Source: Azolla caroliniana
Lineage: Eukaryota > Plantae > Polypodiophyta
Direction: 5' to 3'
Length of the DNA stretch: 64,000 bases
Assembly (NCBI GenBank): GCA_043228905.1
Contig: JBHGNT010000005.1
Coordinates: forward strand, 15,128,001 to 15,192,000
Part shown: positions 50,700 to 64,000 of the stretch, in pieces
Position numbering within the stretch: position 1 is the stretch's first letter
Layout of the letters: each line of letters opens with the position of its first letter
Notes under the pieces: generated by a model
The model's input: only the letters and a program-made list of their open reading frames with translations
The model's database searches: none
What the model was told of the DNA's origin: nothing
Made by a program: the position numbers and the translations under genes

Positions 50700-51637
50700 A
50701 TCCTCGTTGGTTTGTGATCGACAATCTAGAACTACCTACCAATCCTCGTGTCGAGGATCATCTAGAGAGGCTACACAAGATTCAGACGGATCTATCTACT
50801 CATCTTCGTCATGCTCAACACACTCAAAAGACTTATGCAGATCATCATCGGCTTCCCTCCTCTTTTGCCATCAGAGATCGAGTATGGCTCTTACGTCGTC
50901 ACATCAAGACAACTCGACCGTGCGACAAATTGGATAATCGACGACTCGATCCTTTCCGTATTACCAGCAAGATTAATGATGTCATGTTCCGCCTTGATCT
51001 TCCTCCGCACCTTCAAAACATCCGGTCTTCCATAGAGTTCTCTTCTCGAACCTTATCAGGCCAACACTATTCTCGATCGTGTTACACCACCCCGCCCCCG
51101 CTTGAGTTGGACACCGGCCCAAAGTATGAAGTTGTTGTCGTCCTCGACTCCAAGTTTGTTCGCAACAAACTTTATTATTTGGTTGATTGGCTCGACTATA
51201 GTTCGAGCGAATGTACTTGGGAACCGGCCGAGCATGTCGCCAATGCTCAGGATCTCCTTGTTGATTTCCAGCAAAAGAACCTGGACAAACCCGGTCCACA
51301 ATCAACGCCAACCCGTGACACTCGTCGTCTTAAGGGGGGGATAGTGTCATGATATGGCAAGACTCGAACCCATAACCTTATGTTATATGGGTTGAGCTCT
51401 TGACCATTACATTATCTATTGTAATACATAGGATATTATTTTCATTTAAGATTTATTATAGTAAATTATTGTATATTCCAGATTTCTCTGCAACATTCTA
51501 GAAGCTTCAAGACTATTCTTGAGAACAATATAAAAAGAGGCACAAGGCATTATTTCGAACCAAATTGGTTCAACGCCAGTCTTAAGCCTCATAGCTATTT
51601 GTACTTACTCTTCACATAATATATCATATGTTATCAT

Positions 51638-51684
<47 letters not shown>

Positions 51685-51763
51685 GCAGTCCGTCCTCTTA
51701 GTACTAATAGTACTTCCCTTCTCTAGTACTAATTCTCTCTCTGTTTTAGTACTATTCCTGACA
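50700..51763 (+). mobile_element. 3' fragment of a related Tcn1-like chromovirus (integrase C-terminus, chromodomain, LTR 51345-51763)
   Basis: ORF 50714-51352 resembles 48612-49360, the LTR resembles 40105-40532, PPT aagggggggatag. Confidence 0.88.
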
Positions 51764-52763
51764 TGGAGGGGGAGAGTAGAATCGACTGAGGAAGCCAAAT
51801 CCGACGAGAGAACGACTGGAAGAAAATCGGCTAAGGGAAGAACAATCGACTATAGGGGGAGCGCAACGACCGAGCCAAAGCCAGAGCCATCCAAACAAAG
51901 GGGAGCAGGAAAAAAGAATAAAGTCGAGAAGACTTGGGCTAAGAGAGTCAAAGGCCGAACAAAAGACGAATCGGAGACAGCCGATTCAAACGAGAGGAAT
52001 GATTCAAACAATCCAAATCACATGAAGTCCAAACAGACGAGAAGGAGGCCAAAGACAATGCCAAGGCGGAGGAGCCGACGGATTAAGGGGTGCCAAAGTC
52101 ACAAGGCAAGAAAAAGACCATCGACGAGCGCAAGCAAGAAGGCAAGCAACCAGGAGATGTTGGAGTGGTGAACCAACTTGAGCTGACAAAGAACCTCAAC
52201 TTGAGCTTGAGGGGGAGTGTTGAGAGACAAGTGCAACATGAGTCGAACAGCTAAAGGTTTGTCGGTCAGTCGGCTGAAGAAGCCGACAACCGAGTTGCCT
52301 AACGAGAGTCAGTTGAAGAAGTTGATAACTGGTCGGCCGAATGACAGGTCGATGGGCCGTTAGGGCCTATATTCCTATTCTTGGTAATAAGAATATTAAG
52401 GCTGGTAGGTCGGTCAGCTGAAGAAGTCAACAGGCACTCGACTTATAAGAGTCGGTTGAGGAAACCGACAGTTGGTCAGTTGAGGGAGAGGTCGATGGGC
52501 TGTTATGGCCTATATTCCTAGTCTTAGTAATAGGAATATTCTAGGAGTCAATTTCAGTAGCTCATTTATGAGCGTTAAACTACCTACGAGTACTTCTATC
52601 AGTCCTTTTGAGGACTTGTATAAAGAGTGCTCACTAAGCACATTTTGATGTACAAAGTGTTATTATTTTGAATTGAGTTTGTTGTTGTCTACTACTCTCT
52701 CTGGCCGACTATGCACACTTTGCCCTAAACAAGTTCGAGAGTTTGAGTATCACACTTTGATAC
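51764..52763 (+). mobile_element. Copia 3' region with PPT and LTR (from 52218)
   Basis: cttgagggggag followed by tgttgag. The LTR shares the cttgtataaa..tattattttgaattgagtt block with other copia LTRs in the window. Confidence 0.6.
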
Positions 52764-54872
52764 TGTCATGAACACATGACCATTATGACGTCACCCGGAC
52801 TTGAACCTCGAACCTTGTAATCCATACTTGAAAACCTCAACCATTAAGATAGCTTATTGTTATATGTATTCTCGAAGAACCTCAAGCTCAGTGGGTGATA
52901 AATTGTAAATAGGACCCCAGGGTGACTCTTTTCCTGGTTGGAGATCAATAGGACAGTCATACGGCTGATGCTTTGGAAGAACACTAGCTTTGACTTTGTC
53001 GAAAACATCAGCATAGTCTTGATCTTTTTTGGGAATTTGGATGTCTGAATTCCCTTGAGTGACACTAGAAGGTGTCACTGATACTGCAAATAAGAAAAGG
53101 TCCTCCTTGCCTCCCACTTGGCGCAATTGTTCCAATGTGATGGTTGAAATTTGATGAGAAGGATATGGTGCATCGGTAGAACTATATACTTTGGGAGGAT
53201 AATCCCGAGTTCAATCCTTGACAATGATATTTTCTGCTAAAGGGCACCTAATTTCTCGCTTCCTCCAATCGATTCTAGGGTTATGTAGCTCGAACCATGG
53301 CAAACCGAGGACAATTGGATGCTCAAGACTACGGATTATGTTAAAGGAAACTACACATCCTAAATCACCCAAGAGTATGTGTATTGGCTCAGACTCTTCA
53401 AATATCTTCCCGGAAGCTATGGGGCGTCCATCAATCACTCCTACGGAAACTGGACAAGGAAGTGTATGCAAGGATATTTGGTGTTTTTGGGCAAAATCTC
53501 TATCCATGAAACAAGAATTGGCTCCAGTATCTAAGAGGGCTTGGACTTGAAGTTGACAACTGGGTGTCCTAACTTGTACTAGGGCTGAGAAGACTCTACT
53601 AACATGCTTGGAAGAAATGGAACCCACACTAGGTTGTACATATCTAGGGTTGTCCAACCAAATGGCTCCTATTTTGGCCGGACTTATTCGTTTGACTCCT
53701 CTTCTAATTGGCTTAGGACTTCCAATTTATTGGACAAGGGTGGATTATTCATAATATTAGATTCACTAACTGCTTCTAAAATGTTGGACTCATTTTTATT
53801 GTCATAGTGAATTTGATTTACCTGGTGTCTCGGCCTACGAGAGCAATGAAGGGCTATATGTCCTGGACCTCCGCAATATAAGCACAGATGGTTTGCTCGA
53901 CAACGTTGCTTCTCTTCATCTGACAACGGTCCTCATCGTTGAGTCATATCGATCTCCATGGGTGCAGGACTATCCATTGGGACTGGACTACGTGTTTGCC
54001 TTGGAGTTGGAGCAGGGCTATACATTTGCCTTGGGGATGATTGCGATGTTACTAATGCATAAGTTGGTGTGAATCTTGATCTTGTTATTTGTTGTTGTCG
54101 CTCACATCGACACTCAAAAAGGCGATTATCACACCATATTGCTCGACTAATAGCTTCTGTAAGTGACCTTGGATCCTCGGGGAAGGTAAGAAGTAAGTCT
54201 TTGACATCACTATGAAGGCCTGAACGGAATTGCTCCATTAGGGCTTGTTCATCCCAAGGAATATCGCTTGCGATGAGACGGAAATTGGCAGCATATGTCG
54301 AAGCTGGTTGATCACCTTGACGAAGTGTACGAATCTTGTTGATAGTTGTTCTCGCCCCATCAGTATCTCCGAAACAAGCCTTAAATTCCTTGATAAATTC
54401 CTCGAAATTATTCAGTAGAGGAGAATTGGTCTCTAGCAATGGAGCAAACCACGACAACGCTATGCCAGTCAATAAAGTGCCCACTAGCCCGACTCGTGAT
54501 GCATCTGTTGGATAACGTGCGGGATGCATTTGAATCACCAACCGTACTTGATTCAAAAAACCTCCGAAATGCACCCTCGACCCATCAAATTTAGCTAGGA
54601 GGCTAATTTTGGGCTCCTTGATAAGTCCCTGACCTTCAACCCTTTGTTGTTGTAACACTACAATTGTCGACTCTAACTGTTGCACTCGTCGCGTGAACTC
54701 CTCTTGTTGTTGTTGCTTCTCTATAGTAACCTTTTGTAGATTCCCAAGTAGACGTTGATTCTCTACTTCAAGAGATGCGAACTTGGATTTAAGGTTCTCC
54801 ATTTCTGCAACAAGGGTGAGATATTCTTCTGAGTTAATGACAGCCATGGTTTCAGGATGGTTACAAACGAGG

Positions 54873-54915
<43 letters not shown>

Positions 54916-55357
54916 AATCAAACTGTCAGAACCAAGGATAAAAGATAGAGTGATGGAAGAAGGATATTAGAGAACACGAGAAGAAAGGAACCAAATACTA
55001 AGAGAAGAATGGATGTATAAGATAGAGAAAGAAAGAGAATGGATACAAGATATGTAATGAGAGCTAAAGACTGGTGTTGATTCGAATTGATTTGAGAATA
55101 CATGTATGCCCTTATTTATAGGTTCCTATAGAATAGCTTAGAGATTTCTAGAATGTTCTAAACCTAGAATGCTCTAGGACATTCTAGAACATTCTAGAAT
55201 AATCTAGAGTTTTTACAATAATCAATGTAATACAAGAAGTAGCTTTTATTGTTTCATATAACAATAAGCTATCTTAATGGTTGAGGTTTTCAAGTATGGA
55301 TTACAAGGTTCGAGGTTCAAGTCCGGGTGACGCCATAATGGTCATGTGTTCATGACA
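52764..55357 (-). mobile_element. Tcn1-like gypsy 5' half (LTR 54924-55357, gag, protease) capped by an inverted 103-bp copy of the LTR 5' end; TSD GATAC
   Basis: Gag 53933-54916, zinc knuckle 53684-53926, protease ALLDTGANSCF. 52764-52866 is the reverse complement of 55255-55357. gatac at 52759-52763 and 55358-55362. Confidence 0.9.
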
Positions 55358-55653
55358 GATACAATGCTCTACCTTTGATCATATTCGACCATGCTCTCCT
55401 CTAGCATTACCCTTGCCGCGTCAACAATCGACCGGTTCTTCCTTTCGGCCACACCGTTTTGCTCCGGCGATAAAGACCTCTTCTTCAAGATCGCCTTGAA
55501 GAAATGCATTCTTCATGTCCATCTGGTGAAGATGCCACCTATTCATTGGTAAAGTTCTTGAACATCGAGAGTCGCTACTCACCTTCACACGTATCACGTG
55601 AAATGTAATATTTTTGGTCTCGTAGGTCATATTTGACCTCTGAAGAAGATAAT

Positions 55654-55774
<121 letters not shown>

Positions 55775-56949
55775 CATTCTCTATGTTTTACATAATTGTT
55801 GATACTATTGGATAGAGCCGTATGTGTTTGTAATAAGCTTCCTCATACATAACCTTTTACAAAGATCTTAGGTAGAAACTATCCAAGTTTTTCACACTAT
55901 TACAAATTGTTGTTGATTTGGACCATCTGTCCACTACTTAATTATACCTTAAATGGTGATTATATGGACAAAAACTAGAGAGAGAATTGCATAAGCTAAA
56001 GAATTGTGCTACAATATTTGAATGCATAATGAGACTATTCTAAATGGATAACATGTGGTTCCTATATCTCTATTAAGATTTCTATGTACCCATTAAATAT
56101 AGATTCTATATTAATCTAAGTGTCAATAGCCCTTCAACATCCTAGAACCTAGTGTTTATATAACCCAAAATAGATTATTAAGTCTAACTCCACTCAACAT
56201 GGTTGAGGCTACATATATCGTCTCATAAATTATATGAACTTGCACAATAAGACCATTCCATTGTTTAAATGGATACTCTACCAATATCCTATGTTAGTTT
56301 TGGCTTCTCCCCTTTGGGGGCGTTAAAACATTGAACTTTAGATTATTGGTGTTTACATTGAATAGACGTGCAACCCGTCAATAGACATTATCCACTTCAA
56401 AATTATTAAACCTTTGTTTTGTATCATCTATAGATAATTGCACAATTGCTAAATGTGCATTGAGTATTTCATGGGGACGATTAAAAATTTAAAGTATGAT
56501 TGAGTATTTTAATTTATTGAGTAAGCATCCCAATAAATGTGTAATCCCAGTAATTACACTAACGAATTTTTACTTTAACCTTTGTTGCACTACGAAGATG
56601 ATAATGATATTTAAGAGCATCACGATATTCAAGAGTGTATAAATGTTGACTTTTGTATGTACATTTGTTAATGTATTGACTTTTTATTCTTTCAATTGTC
56701 ATTTGAAGCTTTCATTGACAAAAGTTGGAACCCTTTGTCAACTTTTACATTAAAAGTATATCAAAAGTGTAAATATCTTTTATCAACTTTCCAAAATTTA
56801 CATTATTAGAGTTCAATAAACCTTCAAATACTATAATATCATCTCCTTGGTCATTAAATATGCATTACATACATCAAAAGTCTTATCTAATATCAATGTA
56901 GATATTTAATGATGTCCTCTTTAGTAGAGATTGTTCACTTATAAACAAT

Positions 56950-59900
56950 GACAATTGATAACAAGAGCTTATGGTCAAAAAAATAGCAAAATGCTACTTA
57001 ATGATACTGCCAAAGGGCATGAGTGCATACTCATATTGCGCAACATAGGTATCAACCATTTCTGCTTCAACAACAATGAAGAATTACAGAGAATAACAAT
57101 GTATACTCATATTTCTTTGAGACATAATCTGATGCAAAAAAAGAAAAAATTGAATCCAAAATTAGGGACTAGTAACATTGAAATATGGCAATCAATAAGC
57201 ACTATTATGATTTGGAAATTTTGGAAGGCAAGGTGTTTGAGGGTACTCTAAGATGTGATAGAAAGGCCTATTTGGTATACTAGAAATTGCACAAAGATTG
57301 TGCATAATCTAATAGGTTATTTGAATATTATAAAAGGTGACACTCAACAAACACTTCATGCCATATCAGACAAAGTTATATTTTATAGGTGGTTTTTTGG
57401 TAAGGTGAGTGGTTTTATCATACACCAAAATATCTATTTAAGCCTATGGATAGACAAAGTTATATTTTATAGGTGGTTTTTTGGTAAGGTGAGTGGTTTT
57501 ATCATACACCAAAATATCTATTTAAGCCTATGGATAGATGCAGTTAACATGTATATATAGTAATTTATTCTACCTCAGAGTATTTCTTAATACTAATGTA
57601 GTACCTTTTTAGAAAACAAAGATGTATTTGACAAATAGGTCGTAATGGATTTATACATATTTCACATCCTACATTTGTATGGTTGTTGAGAGGTTTCTAT
57701 TTCTACAACAATGAAGAATAAAACAAGGTATTGCTAGCTTGGTTATCTCCTTACATTTTGATATGCATTTTCATTAATGCCTTATGAAAGGTATCGAAGA
57801 ATGGCAAACCAAGAGAATCAAAGTAGTCTGATACAATAATTTTTATGTTGTGAATTCTATTTGAGAAAAACTATACATGTTTTGGACACTATCTCGGATA
57901 AAGGTGCTTGTAACTAGGTATATACATAGCCCTATTAGATGTGTCAATATATGTATATCGTTAACAACAAGGTTCAAATATGCCCAACTATTGGTACCCA
58001 TTTTGCACAATGAAAGCTTAACCTAGCAATATGAAGGAGAAAGAGTGTTTCCTTTGATATCTTTTAATGTGAATATTTTGGAACACATTTTTTGGTGAAT
58101 TAGCCAATGGTTTTTGCCCCTAATTTCTATGTTTGAAGGGAATAGTAGTCACTTGATACACATGTAAGAACACAAAGGATTATGCTTAGCAATTCATGAT
58201 ATGGTAGGGATTCGGGAACCTTAAGTTCTAGTGAAAACCCAAAACAGAATGTTCGCACATTTATGTTGTCACATCACTACACGGTTTTATATAGAAATGA
58301 ACATGTATATGCTTGCATCCTACCACAACTACATGCAACTTGTTATTGGGTTTTTTGAGAGATATACAACCAAATCTATACAAACTTTTAAGTTGTGTTT
58401 GCTAAAAATTTGATTAAATTTTACACTTGATTAATTTGATAAAAGTACACCTAAACTCATTTTACTTATTACTTCCATACATGTGCGATGCATCACATTA
58501 AGTACAATATGGTATTGTCACCTAGCATCACAAAAATTGCCTTAAACGAAACCATGAATGATGTAGATGCTTCATCCATTCCTCAATGCTGAACTTTTAG
58601 CATCTTTATGCAGTTATTATTCACATACATTCAATCACATCTGAAAACTATTCTTCACCCTTTCCTTCACAATATTGGAGAACGGTTTTTTCCAAGAGAA
58701 AAGGACATAGAACCACTTCTATGAGGGCATTCCTTGGCTGACTAGTATTAAATTAGGATTGGCAAGAAAGTTATTCTACTTGAAAATATACATGGTGTGC
58801 TTATGATGATACACATAAAGCATTATGTTTATGCTTGACATCCATATCATGTTTATTTCTTTGCCATCATCAACTCTTCCTCCAATGTGCGCTTGTCAAA
58901 TTGAGATAAAAAATAATTTGTCAAAAAAAAAGGAGTAAACATAAAAGTGTAAGAGATACCTTGGCTCATCTACATGTCGTGATAGTGGAAAAGAGTTGGT
59001 TTCCGGCATACAAATCACACCAATATTGTTTGTTTGATTCTAAGCATGCGATAAGGTTGGTCAACAATATTCCAATCTCTAGAAGGGCCAAATATGAACT
59101 CAATTTGAGGCCTGTTATAATGCCAATGATTCCATACTTCCCCGAAGTAAGTCATAAAATAGCTCCATTATTAGATGGGGACAAAACCTAGTCTAAGGAT
59201 TTAGTGAGCCATTTGCAATTTTATATTGGACGAGAGCTAGATATACAATGTAATGTTGTATGTCTTCTATTGGTTGGCATAATGTGGCATGTGTCAACGA
59301 GCAAAACGCCATAGAACAAGTATTGAATAATGGTGTTGACATTTAGCTCCAAGATCCACAATTTGTCTTTAGAATATGAATTGTAGATTTGCTTCAAAAT
59401 CAAGATTCCATATCTATTTGTTAATTGGGACTTGAAGGTTTGAAAATAATAAAGACCGGAAATATAGAACCATCATCTTTAGAAGATTCATATTTGGTTG
59501 CTTCAAATATGGATGATATTATCAATACCAATATGATATATCTATGTTAAAAGATGAGATGAAACTTAAACTTACTAGCAATGAAACGTGTTGGTGGGTA
59601 ACTATTAGAAAACAATTCCATGGAAACAACACCACTAGCATACATACCTAACAACCACACAATTAAAAAACATAAACAAAAACAATTTCCAAATTTTGTA
59701 TGGTTGGTTAGAAATTGTGTGGAGTGCATGATCATAAAGGTTTTATGCACCAATGTTTCAATTAACGTTCATGTGGAAATACTAATATTTGGAAAATCCT
59801 ATTTTGTCAAACTTAAAAGTCCGATATAGAAGTCAAAAGGAGCTATATATTTGGAAAAAGGTTCTTCATCAATAGAGATAGTTAAAAGTGAAGTCTTTTT

Positions 59901-60900
59901 TTTATGCATCATCAAATGATTTTTGTGTGAATCTATTATTTTATAATATTTCAGCGAAGTTGGTGATGTGATTGAGAATAAAAATTGTGCATTTTTCTTA
60001 GAGGATATTGTTTCCATATAACTGCATCGCAAGATAATGTTGACTTTGTTTGGTGGTTAAGCTTTGATGTTGGTCACCTCACTAGAGAAAAGACATTATT
60101 CTTGAATCGCATAATGTGTGATTTCTATGGCACTCCGTAGAAGTAACCTACATTTCAAATATTATCTTTTAAAACATAAACGTGATTTCTTGAAACCATG
60201 GACAAAGTTCATGTTGAATTACTTCCTTAAGATGAATTCGACTCTGAATTCAAATTACAAAACATTTGATTGTTCCATATCACCTTGTTTTCTTTTTTAT
60301 ACTAAACATAAAGGTTGTAATGATGTTTCAATCCATTAAACTTGTTATTTAGGACAATAGATTGTGCTCCATGCCTTTTGAAGTGTTCATTAAGTAAAAG
60401 AAAAAGAGAACATGATAGAGTGTGAACAAACTACCATGATTTCATTTTCTAGATGCATAGTCTTTTATGTATTGAATGCATCCATTTCACCCCATCAAAC
60501 AAGTTATTCATACTTACATGAGAGAAAACAACAAAAAACAATAATTCAACTCGATGGGCTCGATTATACTCTCTCTCATCTCTTGGTTCAATGACTTTTT
60601 TGACTGTAGGGATTCCATAGGTCCCCATAATTAATAGTAGACGTAAAAGTTCTAACTTTTGTTCTTTAAACTTGCCACTTTGTGTGTGCATGTGAATCCA
60701 TCATTTGGGACACTCGAAAAAGCAACATTAGAGGTGGAGTGATGTGGGGATACTGGATGGTAGGATTGTTTATACCATTACTTGATAGATACAACAATAT
60801 GCTCCACTCAAATTTTGTAGCAAGATTTATTTTCTAGCAAGGAAAATATTCAGAATGTATAAGTGAACTTCAAATCAAAGTTCGATGAAACTAGACTTTT
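56950..60900. mobile_element. Probable highly decayed LINE (non-LTR) remnants
   Basis: IWQSISTIMIWKFWKARCLRVL (56955-57251) resembles the W-rich C-terminus of plant LINE ORF2. Scattered RT-like peptides on the minus strand at 58800-60900. No intact motifs. Confidence 0.35.
57368..57535. repeat. Perfect 84-bp tandem duplication
   Basis: agacaaagttatattttatagg...gcctatggat starts at 57368 and again at 57452. Confidence 0.9.
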
Positions 60901-63188
60901 GGTTGCGGAGAAAGTTGTTCCGAACAAAATAACACTTTTCTTGAATTTCGGGTTCTCAAAGCATTGAGAACTTCCCCAATACTCGAACTTGAATAGCCCA
61001 AAGCAGTAACAAGGGTTAGTGAACATTAATAGACTAAATGGAAACATGGCTTGCAAGTAATGTTTCTGTTTTCTTTTTCTTCAAATAACGAGTCAAAATG
61101 AACGTGTTATTCCTTCCACATGGAAGGTTTTCCTTTTAAGTATACTCGACATAAAAAACAAATAGTCACCTCAACATCTTTCTAATGAGTGACTCCATAC
61201 TCTTGCAAACAAAAACACACATCCTTTTGAATCTTGTTGTGTATTGCATTCACACTCACATGCTTGCACCAACAACTAAATAGTAATAACAATAGTGTTA
61301 ACCTTCACATAAACTCAATAAAGAATAAACACATAATAAAGGAATTTTGATTAAAAAACTCAATTGGTAGGTTCATTACCCTAAATGGTTCGAGACTTAT
61401 AACATGGCTATTCTCATAAAAACCAAATGTGTATCTTGCCATAAAAACAAGTGAATACCAAGAATTTGGTACAATTGTTGTCGACCTACCGTCAAGGGGA
61501 AGGCCTAGAGCATGAATACATTGTACATTGTTCACTTAACAAAAGTAAATTGTTTTTGAACACCCCGATGGATTTGTCATGGAAAGGAAGAGAAAGGGGA
61601 GACAAGGCCTTAAAATACTTTGTGGTAACACAAATGTGCACTTGATCTCACACGCATAGTCTCCCTCAATTGATTCTTTATATATTGTCTTACAACAGCT
61701 TTAAACTGTTTTTCCTTGGGTGGTATTCAGCTTTCCAAAATGACCTTTAAGTGAGATTTACGAATCGACCTCCGCTTCCCCAAAAACACATGCACACACA
61801 TAACAATTACATATGGATATGGCTACACATAGACATAGTATGTGTGTGTGTGTTGTACATCCGCAAATAATGTATAGAAAAATATGTATACATACATACA
61901 CATAGTCACACATAGTACAAATACACATCCTCCTAGATACACATGAGCACAAAAATGTGCATATTGTATTCTTGCAAAGAGCTTGGAGCTTCTATCAATT
62001 TATTTTTCAGCTCAAAATTTGTGGTGAAATGGCCTTAGATGTGGAAAGAGAGTGGCATTCTTGTAGAGTATGTTCATTGTGACAATTTAAATCAACGTTT
62101 CGAGGTGAATCAAATGTAACGTAAACATTAGCAATATTTTAATATTAAAAAATACATGCTCGTCCTGGTGGTATTGGGGCAGCCACTCTACCTAATGCCT
62201 TGCCCACAATGTCGAATGCGTTAGGTAGGTTTGATCTTGTGCTGAGGCCACACTTGTTAGTCTGGCTTTCCATGATCGAAGATACCGTACTTTGTTTGTT
62301 TTACTAAAAAATGATGGGAAAGGGAAATCAAGTAAAAAGTTTAGCTTCCTTCTATTTAAGAAAAAGCATGTATGTTATCATCATTTTATTAGATAAAAAA
62401 AGGATATTTGAGCCGTATAAGAAGACTACTTTTTCTTTTCTCCGTTGAAAAGTAAGGTTTGAATTTCTTGTAGGTAAATAAAATAGTATACCATGTAAAG
62501 ACTTATGTTTGTTTCAAGCACACTAGGTGAGGGTGAGGCAGCATCATCATGAAGCTTGCATCCATGCGTGCTCTTTCATATACATACTTATTAGTATTAC
62601 TATACATATATATAGGGAGCAAATGTACTTAACTCAATTGAAGTTAATTGGTGTAGGATCGACCCACACCACCCACACACCGTAGGAGAAACACAATTCT
62701 CAATTCATTGTGTGTTAGCAAGGCCCACACACTTGCTATAGTCTCGACTTTCTCCATAACGGGGAAGCGGGCTCCTCGGGCCGGGGGGGGGGGGGGGGCT
62801 GGCTATATGGCATATGGCATGCCATCTCAGCTTGTTCCTCCATCACATCACATCGAGGCCCTTGCACGGTAATATATATATATATATATTGAGATGGAGA
62901 GCTGCTCCTCCTTAGGGCCCCGCCATCTCATGCTGATGATGTTGTCCCTTGCCTTGCCTTACTAATAGTAACAATATATACAACAAACCTATGTAAGTAT
63001 GTCTATGTGTATATATGTATGACATATGTGTATGGGTGGTGGTGATGCCTTGTGTTGGCCCACTTTTAGTAAACCTGGACGACGATAACTGAGCGGAATG
63101 CTTCTTTCCTTCTCTCAAACTCCCCCGGCCGCCCCCAACACCCTCCGCACCGCACATTTTAGTCAAAACAGCACACGTTAATTATATC

Positions 63189-63231
63189 TGACGTGGCAGC
63201 GCCATGTCAGCAAAACTGTATGCCACGTGGC
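63189..63231 (+). promoter_or_regulatory. Paired G-box/ABRE-type elements (tgacgtggc; palindromic gccacgtggc)
   Basis: Consensus bZIP/bHLH ACGT cores about 300 bp upstream of the PLL start codon, followed by a CT-rich leader. Confidence 0.5.
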
Positions 63232-63519
63232 GAGTCTGTCCTGTCTGTCTGTCTGTCTCTCTCGCTCTGACTTTTGTATCCATGCTTCCAGTCCCTCTCT
63301 CTCTCTCTCTCTCTCGTGTAATTAATTTGTTTCGAAATGGACTATACATACATACATAATATTTGGCCTCTAGCAGACGTGATCCATCTAGACCTTGTCT
63401 GTGTGACTCCTCCTCTGTTTTTCTTAGCAGCTATGGTGGCCATCCATCTGTGTACCGCTACAGGAGCATCGATTACGCACAACCCATGAGAGAAAGCTTC
63501 TCTCCAAAATTACTATGCC

Positions 63520-64000
63520 ATGGGGGCAAACATTTCTTCTCGCGCAGCCGGTTGCTTTGCGCCCCACCCCACTGAGGATAACTTCTTATCCGATCACGAT
63601 CGCGATCACCAGGGCCTGGGCCATTCCTTCTGTTATGTCCGCCCGGACAGTGTAAGCACGCCCACAAATGCCTTTGGCCCGGACATCCATACACTTGGGA
63701 CAGCAGATGCGGTCATTGGCGGTGGCGGCAGCGGCCGGGACATAGTACAACGTGCGGACCATGATTCCTGGGACTCATGTGGCCGTCATCACGAGACGTC
63801 ATTCAAGAGCATCTCGGGCGCTTCGGTGAGTGCCAACACATCTACGCCAAGGACAATGGCCTCATTCAATCATATGGTGGCCGGCTTCGAGGACGATCAG
63901 AGGGCAGCCGCATTTGAAGGCACATCTTCTTTTAATTCGCTTCCACTCCAGCCTGTGCCACGGAATAATAATTACTACGCGCCTACAGCTGCTGCAGGAC
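63520..64000 (+). CDS. PLL: POLTERGEIST/PLL-family protein phosphatase 2C (clade C), N-terminal part; continues beyond the window
   Basis: Not in the ORF track because no stop falls inside the window. Manual translation MGANISSRAAGCF...GLGHSFCYVRP...ETSFKSISGASVSANTSTPRT...AAAFEGTSSFNSLPLQPVPR contains the characteristic POL/PLL N-terminal motifs, including an MG myristoylation site and a nearby Cys. Confidence 0.88.
   Translation, partial: MGANISSRAAGCFAPHPTEDNFLSDHDRDHQGLGHSFCYVRPDSVSTPTNAFGPDIHTLGTADAVIGGGGSGRDIVQRADHDSWDSCGRHHETSFKSISGASVSANTSTPRTMASFNHMVAGFEDDQRAAAFEGTSSFNSLPLQPVPRNNNYYAPTAAAG

Noticed and set aside
55268-55335. Functional tRNA gene
   Set aside because: A/B-box-like motifs are present, but I could not build a proper cloverleaf by eye. 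It is part of an LTR and is reported as a tRNA-like cassette instead.
56000-63100. Short ORFs in the AT-rich region as host genes
   Set aside because: Low complexity with no recognisable domains; at most LINE debris.

Overview
Plant genomic DNA, inferred to be a non-seed plant such as a fern because it carries Tcn1-like chromoviruses. About 55 kb is a deeply nested pile of mostly decayed Ty1/copia and Ty3/gypsy LTR retrotransposons, many with readable LTRs, PBS/PPT and 5-bp target-site duplications (TSDs). An AT-rich stretch with probable LINE remnants follows, and the window ends in the 5' part of a POLTERGEIST/PLL-type PP2C gene (63520->end). The standout is a 9,164-bp cut-and-paste DNA transposon (25796-34959) with 36-bp terminal inverted repeats (TIRs) and a TGAG TSD. 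It carries two divergent genes: a Sola-like DDD transposase, and a 6-exon gene for a ParB/Srx-like domain fused to a beta-class amino (N6A/N4C) DNA methyltransferase. Intron 1 of the methyltransferase gene holds eight 25-bp palindromes at a ~51-bp period, resembling parS/iteron sites. Other oddities are antisense tRNA-like Pol III cassettes and self-priming PBSs in the Tcn1-like LTRs, and a gypsy insertion whose two ends are both the same LTR end in inverted orientation. All family assignments come from motif recognition by eye; no database search was run.
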